Positions 52,501-63,144 of a DNA stretch of 64,000 nt are shown here, one piece after another. Source of the DNA: Schizochytrium sp. TIO01. Lineage: Eukaryota; Protista; Bigyra: Labyrinthulomycetes. Within the stretch, counting starts at the first letter, position 1. Each line of letters begins with the position of its first letter. The notes beneath the pieces were generated by a model that was given only the letters and a program-made list of their open reading frames with translations, was not told the DNA's origin and ran no database searches. The translations under genes were made by a program, and so were the position numbers. The DNA is taken from positions 4,166,040 through 4,230,039 of the forward strand of contig SMSO01000035.1 of the NCBI GenBank assembly GCA_004764695.1, in the 5' to 3' direction.

Positions 52501-55500
52501 AAGCCTGCCGTCAGAAGATCGATCAATTTGCCTCTCGGTGGAAGTCCCTTAAACCTGATGCTGCCTCACTGGATTGGAATCAGCCAGCTGCCGTAGAAAC
52601 TGTGCTGGATGAGCTTGGGGAATGGAAAGAGCAGTTTGCAGAGATTGATAGAGTCGCTAGCGAATGCGTCTCTAATTGCGAACATTTTGAACTTCCAGCC
52701 CCTGAATTCGAAGCCCTCGATTCTATTAAGCGTGATTACGAAACCACCCAGCTAGAGTGGGATAAGTATCGTGAATTCAAAGACGAGCTTATGGTGCAGC
52801 GTGAGAAGGATTGGCTTTCGTTCCGTGCAAGTATCTATGATGCAGAAGACCTGGCGCGAAAATGGCTTGATACTTTTAAAGGTCAAGCAAAGGGTCCAGT
52901 ACTGGATCACATTGCAGAGATTTGTGAAAGTCTACGAAAGGCTGTCCCTGCGCTAAAATTTATGCGGGGTGAACCATTCAAAGAAGAGCATTGGTCTACG
53001 CTTTTCCGCAAGCTTGGAATGCCGAAGAACGTATCTCTACAGAACTTGAAGTTTGGACATTTTGTTGATGTCATTGATAGCGTAGCAGAGAACTTGCAAT
53101 TCGCAAAGGATATGACTGCCCGGGCTCAAGGGGAAGTCACTATTCGGGAGGCAATTATGGAGCTCAAGGCTTGGGCTGAAACAGCCTCCGTAGAGCTGTT
53201 CGATCACGAAGAAGAAGGTCGTGTTACCCCACTTATCAAGAACTGGCGAGACGTTCTAACTGAACTTGGTGACAACCAAAGCCTTCTTTCATCTCTGAAG
53301 GAATCGCCATACTATAAACCTTTTGAACAGCAAGCAAGCGTCTATGAGCAGAATATGGCAGACCTCGACGCCTACTTGGGCATGATGAACCAGATCCAAC
53401 GTAAGTGGTTGTACTTGGAACCTATTTTCAATAAAGGTGCTTTACCTGCTGAAGCAAACCGCTTCCGCCGCATTGATGATGACTGGGTTGACATTATGAA
53501 AAAGCTTTCTTGTGAACCTTTGCTCTTTGGTTTGTGTGACGAGTCAAACTTTCCTCGTATGCGTGAGACACTTACAAACATGTGTGACCAACTCGAGCGT
53601 TGCCAAAAGGCTTTGGCTGATTTTCTAGAGGAGAAGCGCAGTCGCCTTCCTCGATTTTATTTCATTGGTGATGATGACCTGCTGGAGATCCTTGGTCAAG
53701 CTAGAAACCCGCTTGTAATTCAGTCACATCTAAAGAAGCTATTTCAAGGCATTCATTCTGTACGCTTCAACGACGACTCCTCAGCGATTGTGGCTATTAA
53801 CTCAAGTGCGGGCGAAGAAGTGAAACTTGAACGTCCCGTCACCGTGACGATTCATGTCGAAGAATGGCTTCAAGAGCTTAGTGATGAGGTACGCCACACA
53901 TTGCAAGCCCTTGTTGTACGATGTGTTCATGAAAAGCAAGTGTCTTTAGCTGATTTCCCCAGCCAGGTATTGTGTTTGGCAGAAACAATCAAGTTTACCT
54001 CTCGATGTGAACATGCAATTAAACAGAACAAAATATCCTCCCTCAAGAAGCTTTTGCGTAAGACTCTGCAAGGATACACTAGTGCACAGGATCTCGATGC
54101 TCTGAGTCAGCTTAAAGTCAAGGCTTTGGTTCTCGATCTTGTGCACAATATTGCAATTTGTGAGGAGCTTGAAGAAGCAGATATCGGCTCTGCACAGGAT
54201 TGGCACTGGGAAAAACAGCTTCGGTACTATCTAACAAAGGACAACATTTGTGTAGTCCGCATGTGTGATGCAGAAATGAAGTATACGTATGAATATTGGG
54301 GTAATGCTCCCAAACTGGTGCACACACCTCTTACAGACAAGTGCTACCTAACGCTCACTCAAGGTATGCACATGGGCTTTGGAGGCTCCCCATACGGTCC
54401 TGCAGGTACTGGCAAAACAGAGTCTGTAAAGGCGCTGGGCAATTGCCTGGGCCGTCAGGTCCTTGTTTTTAATTGTGATGAAGGGCTTGATCACCATAGT
54501 ATGGGTCGCATTTTCACAGGCTTGGTAAAGTGCGGTGCATGGGGCTGCTTTGACGAATTTAACCGTCTCAAGGAAGACCAACTTTCAGCTGTTTCGCAGC
54601 AAATCCAAGTCATTCAAGCTGCGATCAAGGAGAAAGCGAGCAAAGTAAAGCTTCTCAACAAGTCAATCGACGTAGATCCCAACGCAGGTATTTTTGTAAC
54701 CATGAACCCGGCCGGAAAGGGTTACGGCGGTCGCTCTAAGCTGCCTGACAACTTGAAGCAGCTTTTCAGACCTGTTGCCATGTCTCGTCCAGATAACAAC
54801 TTGATTGCTGAAGTTATTCTATACTCGGAAGGATTCCAGGAAGCTCGTGACCTTGGTCAAAAGCTTGTTTCATTATATAGTCTATCGAAGCAACTCCTTA
54901 GTGCTCAACTTCACTATGATTGGGGTCTTCGTGCCATGAAGGCTGTGCTTAATACCGGTGGTAAGCTTGTCATGGAAGCAAAACGCAGACAAGGCGGCGG
55001 CTCTCTTGACCCTGAAACTGAAAAGGCGTTGCTTATTCAGTCCATTCGTGTTAACACGCTTTCAAAGCTAACATTTGAGGATGCTAGTGCATTCCAAGGT
55101 CTAATTCGAGACATCTTTCCGGGTGCAAAAACCTCCGATGTTGCTGATGAAGCTCTCGAGGAGGCAATCCGTATCGTCATGACAGATGAAATGAAGATCA
55201 CACATAACGAGACTCAGGTTCGGAAAATGCTTCAGCTAAAAGAGTCTCTTGATCAGCGTATGGGTTGTGTCATAGTGGGTCCGAGTGGGTGCGGTAAAAC
55301 TACCCTTTGGCAAGTTTTGCGTTCAGCTCTGAAAAAAACAGGCACCCAAATTAAGGTCTACGAGATGAACCCCAAGTCAATGCCTCGTGAGCGACTTCTT
55401 GGACATATGGATATGGATACACGCGAATGGTTCGATGGTGTACTGACAAATGCTGCCCGTCAGGTTGTGAAAGAACCTGTTGAGGTCCGTTCGTGGATTG

Positions 55501-58500
55501 TATGTGATGGTGATGTTGATCCAGAGTGGATTGAATCGCTCAATTCTGTGCTCGATGACAACAAGCTTCTCACAATGCCCAATGGTGAACGTATCTCTTT
55601 TGGTCCCAACGTAAACTTCATTTTCGAGACGCATGATCTTCGATTTGCATCGCCAGCTACCATTTCACGTATGGGTATGATTTTTCTCTCTGATGAAGAC
55701 GTCGATGTACAGCGACTCGTGGAATGCTGGGCTCCTACTATCCCGAGGCAATTTTATAAGGCGCTCGACTATGTTCTCAAGCGTGCCGAGCAAGTTGTTG
55801 ATACCACATTGGTAGGACTTGTGCGGAATGGTCTCTCCCATGTGAGCAAAGTAGATTCAGATGATATCCCTGGATTTGTTACAGGTCTCATTCGTGGTCT
55901 CGGTGGAAATCTTGCTCAAGATGCGCGAGAGGATTTTGCACGATTTTGTTTTGATTTGTTTGGAGAAGCACCTCCATCAGCAAAACGCCCGTTGGATTGC
56001 TATGCTGACCGCGGTGTTCTAGTTGCTTATGCTGGAAATAATTCACTAGAAGGTGAATTTGATCGACTTGGTTCAAGCGGTGCAATTCTTCAAACACCAT
56101 CTGTGCAGCGTAATGTTGATATGATCATGCCCTGGATGCACAGCATGGAGCCATTCATTCTTGTTGGCCCCCCAGGCTGTGGCAAAGGCATGATCCTGTC
56201 ACACTGTTTCCGTGAATGCTCTAAGACAACTGCCGTCACCACTCTTCATTGCAATGCTCAAACCACCGCAACTCACGTCATTCAAAAGATCCAGCAAGCT
56301 TGCTCGTTATACTCCACTAACACTGGTCGAGTATATCGACCACGTGAGGCAGAACGCTTAGTTCTCTACTTGAAGGACATCAACTTGCCCAAGCCAGATA
56401 AGTATGACACTTGCATGTTGATTGCATTTTTGCAGCAGCTACTTACGAGCAAAGGCTTTTACGACGATAATCTTGAGTTTCTCGGTATTGATCGTATTCA
56501 AATTGTTGCTTCAATGAACCCAGCAACTACTGTTGGTCGCCATGTTTTGTCGTCTCGTTTTACTGCAGCCATGCGAATTGCATACGTGGACTACCCAGAT
56601 GCGTCTGAGCTTGTGACAATTTACACTTCAATCTTGCAAACCGCTTTTGAAGATAGTAACACAACAACAAACCTGCGCAAGCTTGCAGAAACAATGGTTA
56701 ATATCTATTTTGAGGTTAAGCAGAAGTTTTCTGTGGATGACTACCGCCACTACCAATTCACGCCTCGCGATCTGACCGAGTGGGTGCTTGGTATGCTGCG
56801 GTATGATGATCCCGAACTTCTTGATGTCTTCGCGTACGAAGCACGCCGCACCTTTCGAGACCGCTTAGTTGGAGAGTCTGCTCGATCTGCATTTGATTCA
56901 ATTCTTACAAATATCATCCGTAAGGAATGGCAACACCGAGTAGATTATGACATTCTGTTCAGCTCGCTTGGCAATAGCGAAGATACTAAGCTTGTTCGTA
57001 CACCGATGAACGACTTTGAAGAAATCGTTAGCCATGGCCTTATGATGTATGAGCGTGAGGAGTCCGAACTAAATCTACGCTTATTTCCGCAAATGCTTGA
57101 GCACGTCGCCTATGTTGATCGTGTACTCAGTCAGCCTGGAGGCTCTATCATGCTTGTTGGACGCAACGGTGTGGGCCGTCGTACTTCAGTCATGTTGGTT
57201 GCACACATGCGAAAGATGCGTTTCATGACACCCACTTGTGTCTCGCAGCTCAAGGCCTTTCATGCTGATCTGAAACAAGCGATTGAGTCTGCTGGCGTTG
57301 GCGGAACCCCCACGGTATTATATGTGGAAGATCATCATTTGTTTGCGTCTGATGTGCTTGAGACAATCAACTCTCTCTTGTGCAGTGGGGAGGTTCCTGG
57401 TTTGTACAAGCACGAAGAACTTGCTCCGTTACTTGAGTCCTTACGAGAGGCCATGCAGGATGAGTCCGCTGAGGTACGATCTCCGTATGAATTCTTCCTG
57501 AGGCGCGTACAAAAGAATTTACATGTTTGCGTGTCTATGGATCCCACTCACAAAGAGTTCGCGCTTCGTTGTGAGAGCAATCCTGCACTTTACAACCGTT
57601 GTAATATACTCTGGTTCGGAACATGGTCCAATGATACAATTCGGGACTTTCCGCATCGTTTGCTGCCAGAATATTTTGGTGACTCAGCCCCTGAGGAGTG
57701 GGATGTGGAAATGCTTGAAAATGCTGCAGCTGCTGTACACTCTTCGGTTGCTGGTGCAACACCCCGAGAATTTGTTTACTTCTTGGAAACATTCAAGCAC
57801 TTATATGAGACCAAGGCAGGTGCAATCACAAAGAAGGTTTCGCAATTTTTAGGAGGTCTTAGTAAGCTTGAGGAAGCTGCCGCCACTGTTGATGATCTAA
57901 GTGATGAAGCCGCTCAGCAACGCGTGGAACTTCAACGTAAGCAGCAAGCTGCTGATGCTTCCATGGACGAAATCACCGAGGCTCTACAGCTGGCCAGTAA
58001 AACCCGCAAAGAGACAGAGACACTCTCCGAGGAGCTCAAGCAAGCTGAGGAAGAGACATTAGCACGTAAGGCAAAGATCGAAGAGGAGCTTTCCGAGATT
58101 CAGCCAGTTCTTGAAAGCGCAAAACAAGCTGTTGGCCAGATCAAGTCCGAGAACCTCAACGAGTTACGCAGTTTGAACACACCACCTGATCCTGTTCGAG
58201 ATGTCTTGAGTGCTGTCTTGATGCTCTTGGGTATTCGCGATACTTCTTGGATGTCTATCAAGCGCTTTCTTGGCAACCGTGGAGTGAAAGAAGATATCTT
58301 AAACTTTGATACGCATCGTATCACTGCTGATATTCGTTCGCAGGTCATGAAACTTTTGCGTGCGAAGGGTAGTTCTTTTGAGAAATCTGCCATTCAGCGT
58401 GTCTCTGTCGCTGCTGCCCCAATGGCTGCCTGGGTTAAGGCTAACGTGCGGTACAGCCTCGTTCTTGACAAAATTCAACCACTGGAGGAGGAACTTAATG

Positions 58501-61500
58501 AAGCAACCCGTGCCTTAGAAGGAGCCCAAGAGCGTATGAAGGAATGCGAAGAGGAACTTGCTGAGATTGACGAAAGGGTCAAGGAGCTTCAAAATAACTT
58601 TAAGAAGACAACACGAGAGGCCGCTCAGCTGGATGCAAAGCTTCAAGATACAGAAGAAACCTTGGAAAAGGCACAAAATCTACTTGGAAAGCTTAGCGGC
58701 GAGCAAGAGCGATGGGCTGAACAAGCTGAGACACTGAAGCGTACAATTGGTAGCCTCCCTTTGCGAATTCTCTTATCTTCGGCTTTTGTAACGTACCTGG
58801 GTAAGGAGCCTGAGCGTAAACGCGCAGAGCGAATTGCTGAATGGCGTGAGCTTGTAGCAATCGATGAAGATGAGTACGATTTTCTCCAAATGATGAGCTC
58901 AGAATCTGAAATGCTCGTATGGAAGTCCCAGCAAGGACTTCCAGGCGATTTACTCAGCATGGAGAACGCAAATATGATTTTGAACAGTCATATGCGTTGC
59001 CCTTTCATTGTTGACCCTGCAAGTGCGGCAACGGGTTGGTTACGCAAAAACTTGCAGACCTGTGAAATGGTAGCTCAGCAAGATGCCCGTTTTGTAAATC
59101 AAGTAGAGCTTGCAGTGCGTTTTGGAAAGACCCTTGTGGTCCTTGAAGTAGATGGTGTGGAACCAATGCTGTTCCCTCTTGTACGCCGTGACTTGCGTAG
59201 GCAAGGGCCCCGCTGGGTTGTGCAAATTGGAGAAAAAAGTGTTGACTATCACGAGAACTTTAGACTCTTAATGGTGACTCGTAATCCTACGCCTGACCTG
59301 ACTCCTGATGCAGCTGCTCTAGTGAATGAAGTTAACTTTACAGTGACTCGATCAGGTCTCGAAGGGCAACTGTTGGGTGTTACAGTGCAGCATGAACAAC
59401 CCGAACTTGAACAGCAGAAGAGTGAAGTCCTTCGTCAAGAAGAGGAGCTAAAGGTTCAGCTCTCTGAGCTAGAGCGAGAACTTCTTGATACTTTGGCTGC
59501 TAGTGAGGGTAATCTTCTAGAAAACCAAACACTTCTTGATACTTTGACGAAGACGAAAGAGAAGAGTGCGAGTTTGTCGATAAGCTTGGAAGACTCTGCA
59601 AAGGTGTCAAAGCAGCTGGACGAAGAGCGTGATCAGTACCGTGCTTTTGCTAAGGCAGGTTCAGAAGTTTTCTTCTCCTTGGAAGCCTTGGTCAATGTCA
59701 ACCATATGTACCAGTTTTCTCTTCGTTCGTTTGTTGGCCTGTTTAGAGATGTACTTCGTGAGTGCAAATCAAGTGGTGATGGTAATGTTGAGGATCGTAT
59801 GCAAATGCTGATTGGTGCTCTTGAGCAGAGAGTATTATCTGTTTGTTCTCGAGCGCTCTTTAAGGCTGATCGCTTGATGTTCGCAATGCATTTAGTTCAC
59901 ACTTTGCGTGGACATCTATTCCAAAAGGGAGAGTGGGAGTTCTTTGTTGGAGAGTTGGCCACAACAGAAGTTGAGCAAGACGAGGATGAAACGAAGGAGG
60001 AAAAATCCCAAGATCATCTGCCCTCATGGGTCGCCCCCGATCGTGCAGGTGATTGGCGGAACTTCTGCGAAAGTTTCTCACGATTATCGTTAGACCTTAA
60101 CAGTGATTCTTGGAGTCGCTGGGGTCGTCATGCGGAGTGTGAGCGGGTGTTTCCCACTGAAATCAACATGACCCATTTCCAGAGAGTACTTGTTACTCAA
60201 GCTCTTCGCCCAGATCGCCTCGAAGCAGCAATGACACAATTCTGCTGCGACAGTCTTGGTTTGGACAAATTGCTTTGCGCTCCAGCCTCGATTGCTTCTT
60301 TGGCTGAACAGGAAAATACTTCTTCCCCAGTTCTCTTGATTGCGACACCTGGAGCGGACCCCACATCTGACCTTGAGCAATACGCAAGCCAAAAGATTGG
60401 TCGTGAACGATACCATGAGTTAGCAATGGGTGGTGGTCAGACCGATGACGCCATTATTCTTCTCCGAGACGCGGCGAGAAATGGCGATTGGGTCTGCCTC
60501 AAGAATTTGCATTTGGTATCCAGCTGGATTCCCCGGCTCGAGAAAGAGTTTAACGCGTTGCAAAACCCTCATGAGGAGTTCCGCTTATGGCTCACAACCG
60601 AGGAGACACAACAATTTGCTCCGATCCTTCTTCAGCAGAGTGTGAAGGCCACCTTTGAGGCACCTCCTGGACTTAAAAAGAACTTACAGCGAATTTATGC
60701 TGAGGACCACGTAGGAGAGGGGCGACTCTACTTTCTCCTTGCATGGCTTCATGCTTTGCTACAAGAACGCCGCACATACATTCCTCAAGGCTGGACAAAG
60801 TTTTATGAATTTTCCCTTGGCGATCTTCGGTCTGGTGCTGGTGTAATCTCCTTGGCAGCTGGAGGCCAGGATGACCAGCAGGAGATTGACTGGTCATATA
60901 TTCATGGTCTCATGGAGAACTCTGTCTACGGTGGCCGTATTGATAATCCTTTTGATCTACGAGTCCTTCGAGCATACCTCAAACAATACTTTTGTGATGA
61001 TAAGTTGAACGGCAACATGCTTGTTGATGGTTTAGCTATGCCAGAAGACGGAGAGGTAGAAGAATGGATAGATGCCCTCGACGACGCCGATGCTCCAAGC
61101 CTCTTCGGACTCGCTCCAAATGTTGAGCGTTCAGTTTTGCGCTCTCGTGCGCAGTCAACTGTTGCTTCACTAAAATCTTTGGCGGCCCTATCCACTTCTG
61201 TTGCTGCCTTTGATCGTAAGATGTGGCGCCAGAAGCTGGATCCAATTATCGCATTATGGGAGCGTAACTATCAGCACCAAGACCGTTCTAGATCACATAG
61301 CAAGGAAGCTAAGGGAGAAGAAGAAGATCCAGTAGAGGTTTTTCTTCGATCTGAGACCCAACGCGCAGACTATATTGCTGAAAAGGTGAATACTTCGATT
61401 CGAAACTTGGCTGGAGTGTTAACTGGTTCGGGTCTATTAACTCCACAGATTCAAGCCCATGCAAATGCTCTACTTCGCCATGAGCTTCCAAGCGATTGGG

Positions 61501-62027
61501 AATCCCTCTGGGAGTATGGCCCAACAGCGCCTCGAGCATGGTTGCGATCTGTTGCCTCACGGCACGCTGCTATTCATTCTTCCTCATTATTGGAAGGATC
61601 CATTGACCTGGCGGATTTCTTCAACCCTGCTACCTACATTAAAGCTCTGCAGCAACGAACTGCTCGACGTCTAGAAGTCTCTATGGATAGCTTGTGTATG
61701 AAGACTTCATTTAATAACACTGCAAAGGACTGTATTACTATCACTGGATTATCGATGCAAGGAGCTCAATTTGATGGGCAGAATCGTCTTCAAGAGCCTG
61801 CGCATGATGCACCAGAGATTATTCCAGCCCCTGATTGCCATATCAGCTTTGTGGAAGCTTCAGAAATAGATGTAGATGAAGAAGACGAATCGTCAGGTGT
61901 TGCTGTTCCTCTCTACACGAACGTTAACCGAGATAATCTTCTACTTCAACTTTATGTCGATCGCGAGAATGTTCGTGACAAACGTATGGTGACGACTGCA
62001 GGAGTAGCTGTATTCATCCGAGAGTAA
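49584..62027 (+). CDS. DYNC2H1: Cytoplasmic dynein 2 (IFT dynein) heavy chain
   Basis: Single ORF of about 4147 aa. P-loops GPAGTGKT, GPSGCGKT, GPPGCGKG and GRNGVGRR. Also WGCFDEFNRL, CDGDVDPEWIESLNSVLDDN, a coiled-coil stalk, and dynein-2-type segments WKLHWDHQVYKALE, YHELAMGGGQ, ERRTYIPQGWTKFYEFS. First ATG is at 49584. Confidence 0.97.
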   Translation: MEDQLVHSALGLLGGGPGLRDEDIANVQESKADVDDDVRSTISSFLGGAKIRSLLLTVDDNTGKLSATTRVEETLRGNFRKAAKDGNLRHICYVKQSCGVVNDVSRDLIVTSGCSLEAFYYCLHEVYGPAAGGPARELVDRLDEDLREVVSQDGVLGLDEELQHYENQRKGKATAALLRQLVEAAKISPEELVDVAATALHDLRGESYPDFRLRELVYVIETQYIFGGNNKSEESVWSLTRPQLEDRVRVGIQWISLLRELELSGSAQTNSSKTLQRLEDVARIRTTQEELRRLLGDEDSNSVSDGPDNRADSSLLSSEKVWNGSLVAFEGSFLRMEKVVASQLRSRLGAVAPERVLSLLIQYKTVMTRPNMRTMLVTERETALASISRMLEEMEAEFDARSGSPPTSKANTSPVIAGILWAKQLLYTVDTMTETVRELLDDLGACDRVLDTSRSLAGRLESWQADLFRDWCMEMEDDEESLGLHGQLLEIDMNGIVCVNFSERLVTLLREVRQFTELGFKVPSHVREAAKKAEQVYHHGVMLKKTATLFNSMETQIIPSQKAMLFDALVEFETQITQSKMVWDEHSDPSTCRNYVNQLRRAADKLTQENRQLQKTHQVLGNLTVQLMDIDLLRHGERWRQQWGKMTQLMNRMEASYAPKRMRAWKLHWDHQVYKALESSYRLGLETLNEQLGEIKAEIVFSHSTHSLQFRPPLEELRATYNRKMKKFISIPASFQGFSAASSLYVKMADRNAESLLQVYRKAEELFTRLEDLCDSFSSYVTLGKVVDLDAFIEFLKLQSAADFEVNLKSLKTRRKELDKIQDFYKVDCFAISTVALKMSIQDQLVRLGDSLLVALRRNVLTVLKEVDSFLTTSMERLSTRPESISEISDATAEWNRISENSPGIKLQWDRIEPARKLLLTSHSNQLDISEVLEIHARLPSLWDNFEVALVAFNDMIHDQREALKARVDDDVEACRQKIDQFASRWKSLKPDAASLDWNQPAAVETVLDELGEWKEQFAEIDRVASECVSNCEHFELPAPEFEALDSIKRDYETTQLEWDKYREFKDELMVQREKDWLSFRASIYDAEDLARKWLDTFKGQAKGPVLDHIAEICESLRKAVPALKFMRGEPFKEEHWSTLFRKLGMPKNVSLQNLKFGHFVDVIDSVAENLQFAKDMTARAQGEVTIREAIMELKAWAETASVELFDHEEEGRVTPLIKNWRDVLTELGDNQSLLSSLKESPYYKPFEQQASVYEQNMADLDAYLGMMNQIQRKWLYLEPIFNKGALPAEANRFRRIDDDWVDIMKKLSCEPLLFGLCDESNFPRMRETLTNMCDQLERCQKALADFLEEKRSRLPRFYFIGDDDLLEILGQARNPLVIQSHLKKLFQGIHSVRFNDDSSAIVAINSSAGEEVKLERPVTVTIHVEEWLQELSDEVRHTLQALVVRCVHEKQVSLADFPSQVLCLAETIKFTSRCEHAIKQNKISSLKKLLRKTLQGYTSAQDLDALSQLKVKALVLDLVHNIAICEELEEADIGSAQDWHWEKQLRYYLTKDNICVVRMCDAEMKYTYEYWGNAPKLVHTPLTDKCYLTLTQGMHMGFGGSPYGPAGTGKTESVKALGNCLGRQVLVFNCDEGLDHHSMGRIFTGLVKCGAWGCFDEFNRLKEDQLSAVSQQIQVIQAAIKEKASKVKLLNKSIDVDPNAGIFVTMNPAGKGYGGRSKLPDNLKQLFRPVAMSRPDNNLIAEVILYSEGFQEARDLGQKLVSLYSLSKQLLSAQLHYDWGLRAMKAVLNTGGKLVMEAKRRQGGGSLDPETEKALLIQSIRVNTLSKLTFEDASAFQGLIRDIFPGAKTSDVADEALEEAIRIVMTDEMKITHNETQVRKMLQLKESLDQRMGCVIVGPSGCGKTTLWQVLRSALKKTGTQIKVYEMNPKSMPRERLLGHMDMDTREWFDGVLTNAARQVVKEPVEVRSWIVCDGDVDPEWIESLNSVLDDNKLLTMPNGERISFGPNVNFIFETHDLRFASPATISRMGMIFLSDEDVDVQRLVECWAPTIPRQFYKALDYVLKRAEQVVDTTLVGLVRNGLSHVSKVDSDDIPGFVTGLIRGLGGNLAQDAREDFARFCFDLFGEAPPSAKRPLDCYADRGVLVAYAGNNSLEGEFDRLGSSGAILQTPSVQRNVDMIMPWMHSMEPFILVGPPGCGKGMILSHCFRECSKTTAVTTLHCNAQTTATHVIQKIQQACSLYSTNTGRVYRPREAERLVLYLKDINLPKPDKYDTCMLIAFLQQLLTSKGFYDDNLEFLGIDRIQIVASMNPATTVGRHVLSSRFTAAMRIAYVDYPDASELVTIYTSILQTAFEDSNTTTNLRKLAETMVNIYFEVKQKFSVDDYRHYQFTPRDLTEWVLGMLRYDDPELLDVFAYEARRTFRDRLVGESARSAFDSILTNIIRKEWQHRVDYDILFSSLGNSEDTKLVRTPMNDFEEIVSHGLMMYEREESELNLRLFPQMLEHVAYVDRVLSQPGGSIMLVGRNGVGRRTSVMLVAHMRKMRFMTPTCVSQLKAFHADLKQAIESAGVGGTPTVLYVEDHHLFASDVLETINSLLCSGEVPGLYKHEELAPLLESLREAMQDESAEVRSPYEFFLRRVQKNLHVCVSMDPTHKEFALRCESNPALYNRCNILWFGTWSNDTIRDFPHRLLPEYFGDSAPEEWDVEMLENAAAAVHSSVAGATPREFVYFLETFKHLYETKAGAITKKVSQFLGGLSKLEEAAATVDDLSDEAAQQRVELQRKQQAADASMDEITEALQLASKTRKETETLSEELKQAEEETLARKAKIEEELSEIQPVLESAKQAVGQIKSENLNELRSLNTPPDPVRDVLSAVLMLLGIRDTSWMSIKRFLGNRGVKEDILNFDTHRITADIRSQVMKLLRAKGSSFEKSAIQRVSVAAAPMAAWVKANVRYSLVLDKIQPLEEELNEATRALEGAQERMKECEEELAEIDERVKELQNNFKKTTREAAQLDAKLQDTEETLEKAQNLLGKLSGEQERWAEQAETLKRTIGSLPLRILLSSAFVTYLGKEPERKRAERIAEWRELVAIDEDEYDFLQMMSSESEMLVWKSQQGLPGDLLSMENANMILNSHMRCPFIVDPASAATGWLRKNLQTCEMVAQQDARFVNQVELAVRFGKTLVVLEVDGVEPMLFPLVRRDLRRQGPRWVVQIGEKSVDYHENFRLLMVTRNPTPDLTPDAAALVNEVNFTVTRSGLEGQLLGVTVQHEQPELEQQKSEVLRQEEELKVQLSELERELLDTLAASEGNLLENQTLLDTLTKTKEKSASLSISLEDSAKVSKQLDEERDQYRAFAKAGSEVFFSLEALVNVNHMYQFSLRSFVGLFRDVLRECKSSGDGNVEDRMQMLIGALEQRVLSVCSRALFKADRLMFAMHLVHTLRGHLFQKGEWEFFVGELATTEVEQDEDETKEEKSQDHLPSWVAPDRAGDWRNFCESFSRLSLDLNSDSWSRWGRHAECERVFPTEINMTHFQRVLVTQALRPDRLEAAMTQFCCDSLGLDKLLCAPASIASLAEQENTSSPVLLIATPGADPTSDLEQYASQKIGRERYHELAMGGGQTDDAIILLRDAARNGDWVCLKNLHLVSSWIPRLEKEFNALQNPHEEFRLWLTTEETQQFAPILLQQSVKATFEAPPGLKKNLQRIYAEDHVGEGRLYFLLAWLHALLQERRTYIPQGWTKFYEFSLGDLRSGAGVISLAAGGQDDQQEIDWSYIHGLMENSVYGGRIDNPFDLRVLRAYLKQYFCDDKLNGNMLVDGLAMPEDGEVEEWIDALDDADAPSLFGLAPNVERSVLRSRAQSTVASLKSLAALSTSVAAFDRKMWRQKLDPIIALWERNYQHQDRSRSHSKEAKGEEEDPVEVFLRSETQRADYIAEKVNTSIRNLAGVLTGSGLLTPQIQAHANALLRHELPSDWESLWEYGPTAPRAWLRSVASRHAAIHSSSLLEGSIDLADFFNPATYIKALQQRTARRLEVSMDSLCMKTSFNNTAKDCITITGLSMQGAQFDGQNRLQEPAHDAPEIIPAPDCHISFVEASEIDVDEEDESSGVAVPLYTNVNRDNLLLQLYVDRENVRDKRMVTTAGVAVFIRE

Positions 62028-62285
62028 GACTTAACTCTCTGGGCTTCAGTATGCCTAAACAGGTCTACACATGAGAATCTGACAATCTATATAATTCCCA
62101 AAATAAAAATAAAAATGTAAACAAAAATGACATTTCATGATAGTGATTTTGCTCAGAAGATTTTATGTACTACCATATTAGACAGGTATAGAAGAACGAT
62201 TGCTTACTCATTCAGTAGCTTATGCGTTCAGTTTACAGCACAGACTAAAGGTAACTTAATATGAGGGTCACACGAGTGGCCTCAC

Positions 62286-63144
62286 TTACTGACTTCCTTT
62301 GTCAAAAAACTTAACAACGTAAACTGTAGTTGTCCCCTTGTCATTCTGTGGTGTGACAGCACGAACCGAAGCTGGAAATTGCGCAGCGTGTAAAAGACCG
62401 CGGATTAATCCTGCATTAAACGAGGCACAGTTAAGGCGGCCCTGTAGCTCCTTTGGCATAGAGATGAAATGGCTCGGAATAGGGTTCTCTTCATAGATGA
62501 AGAACTCATTCTCGTTAGCTGTACTACGCTGCAACGAGTTTGTCTCCTTGTCGTACAGGGTCTTCCAGCAAGTTGATGTGATGAACTGTAAAATACTGAC
62601 TGGCGTAGTATCTCTTTTCTTAGGGCGCTCCCGAGCAATGATCAGGTTAAGCATGCGCCAGCCGACACTATGACCAAGTTCCTTGAGCCTACATGCAGTA
62701 AATAGTAAATAACAGCAGCAAGCAGTATGTTTTCAGGATGCACATGACCAAAGTATGATTTACATCGTAAGTAGGTTAGTTGTCATGAGATCCTCCCTTT
62801 TGCTTAGCACAATATTTCAGGAATCGAAAAGGGTCAACATTTTGGATATTATCGTCTTGAAAGATGAAGAATCTGCATGATCTCTCTTGCATTCAGTATA
62901 ATTACAAGGCAGTCTATGCGACCGGATGCGAAGGACCGTGGATGGTAGGCACGCGTGTGACTCCAATGATCCTGTGAAGTGCTGAGAGATGAAGCACATG
63001 ACATCAAACGTACCGTTCTTCAAGGTCTTGTGCATCGACAACTTTGTGTTGGCAGTACTGAAAAATCTCTGCAAAGAGAAGCGAAAAGGCGCTGCGGCTT
63101 ACTTGTCGGTTGCCCTGTGGCAAGGGCCTTGCGACAATATCCAT
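62286..63144 (-). CDS. TRAPPC5: Trafficking protein particle complex subunit 5 (Trs31), 177 aa; exons 63144-63014 and 62688-62286
   Basis: Exon 1 (absent from the ORF track) reads MDIVARPLPQGNRQVSRSAFSLLFAEIFQYCQHKVVDAQDLEER and ends CG|GTACGT. The acceptor TGTAG| precedes 62688. Exon 2 reads LKELGHSVGWRMLNL...ILQFITSTCWKTLY...FISMPKELQGRLNCASFNAGLIRGLL..AQFPASV.A. Splice phases are compatible across the 325-nt intron. Confidence 0.95.
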
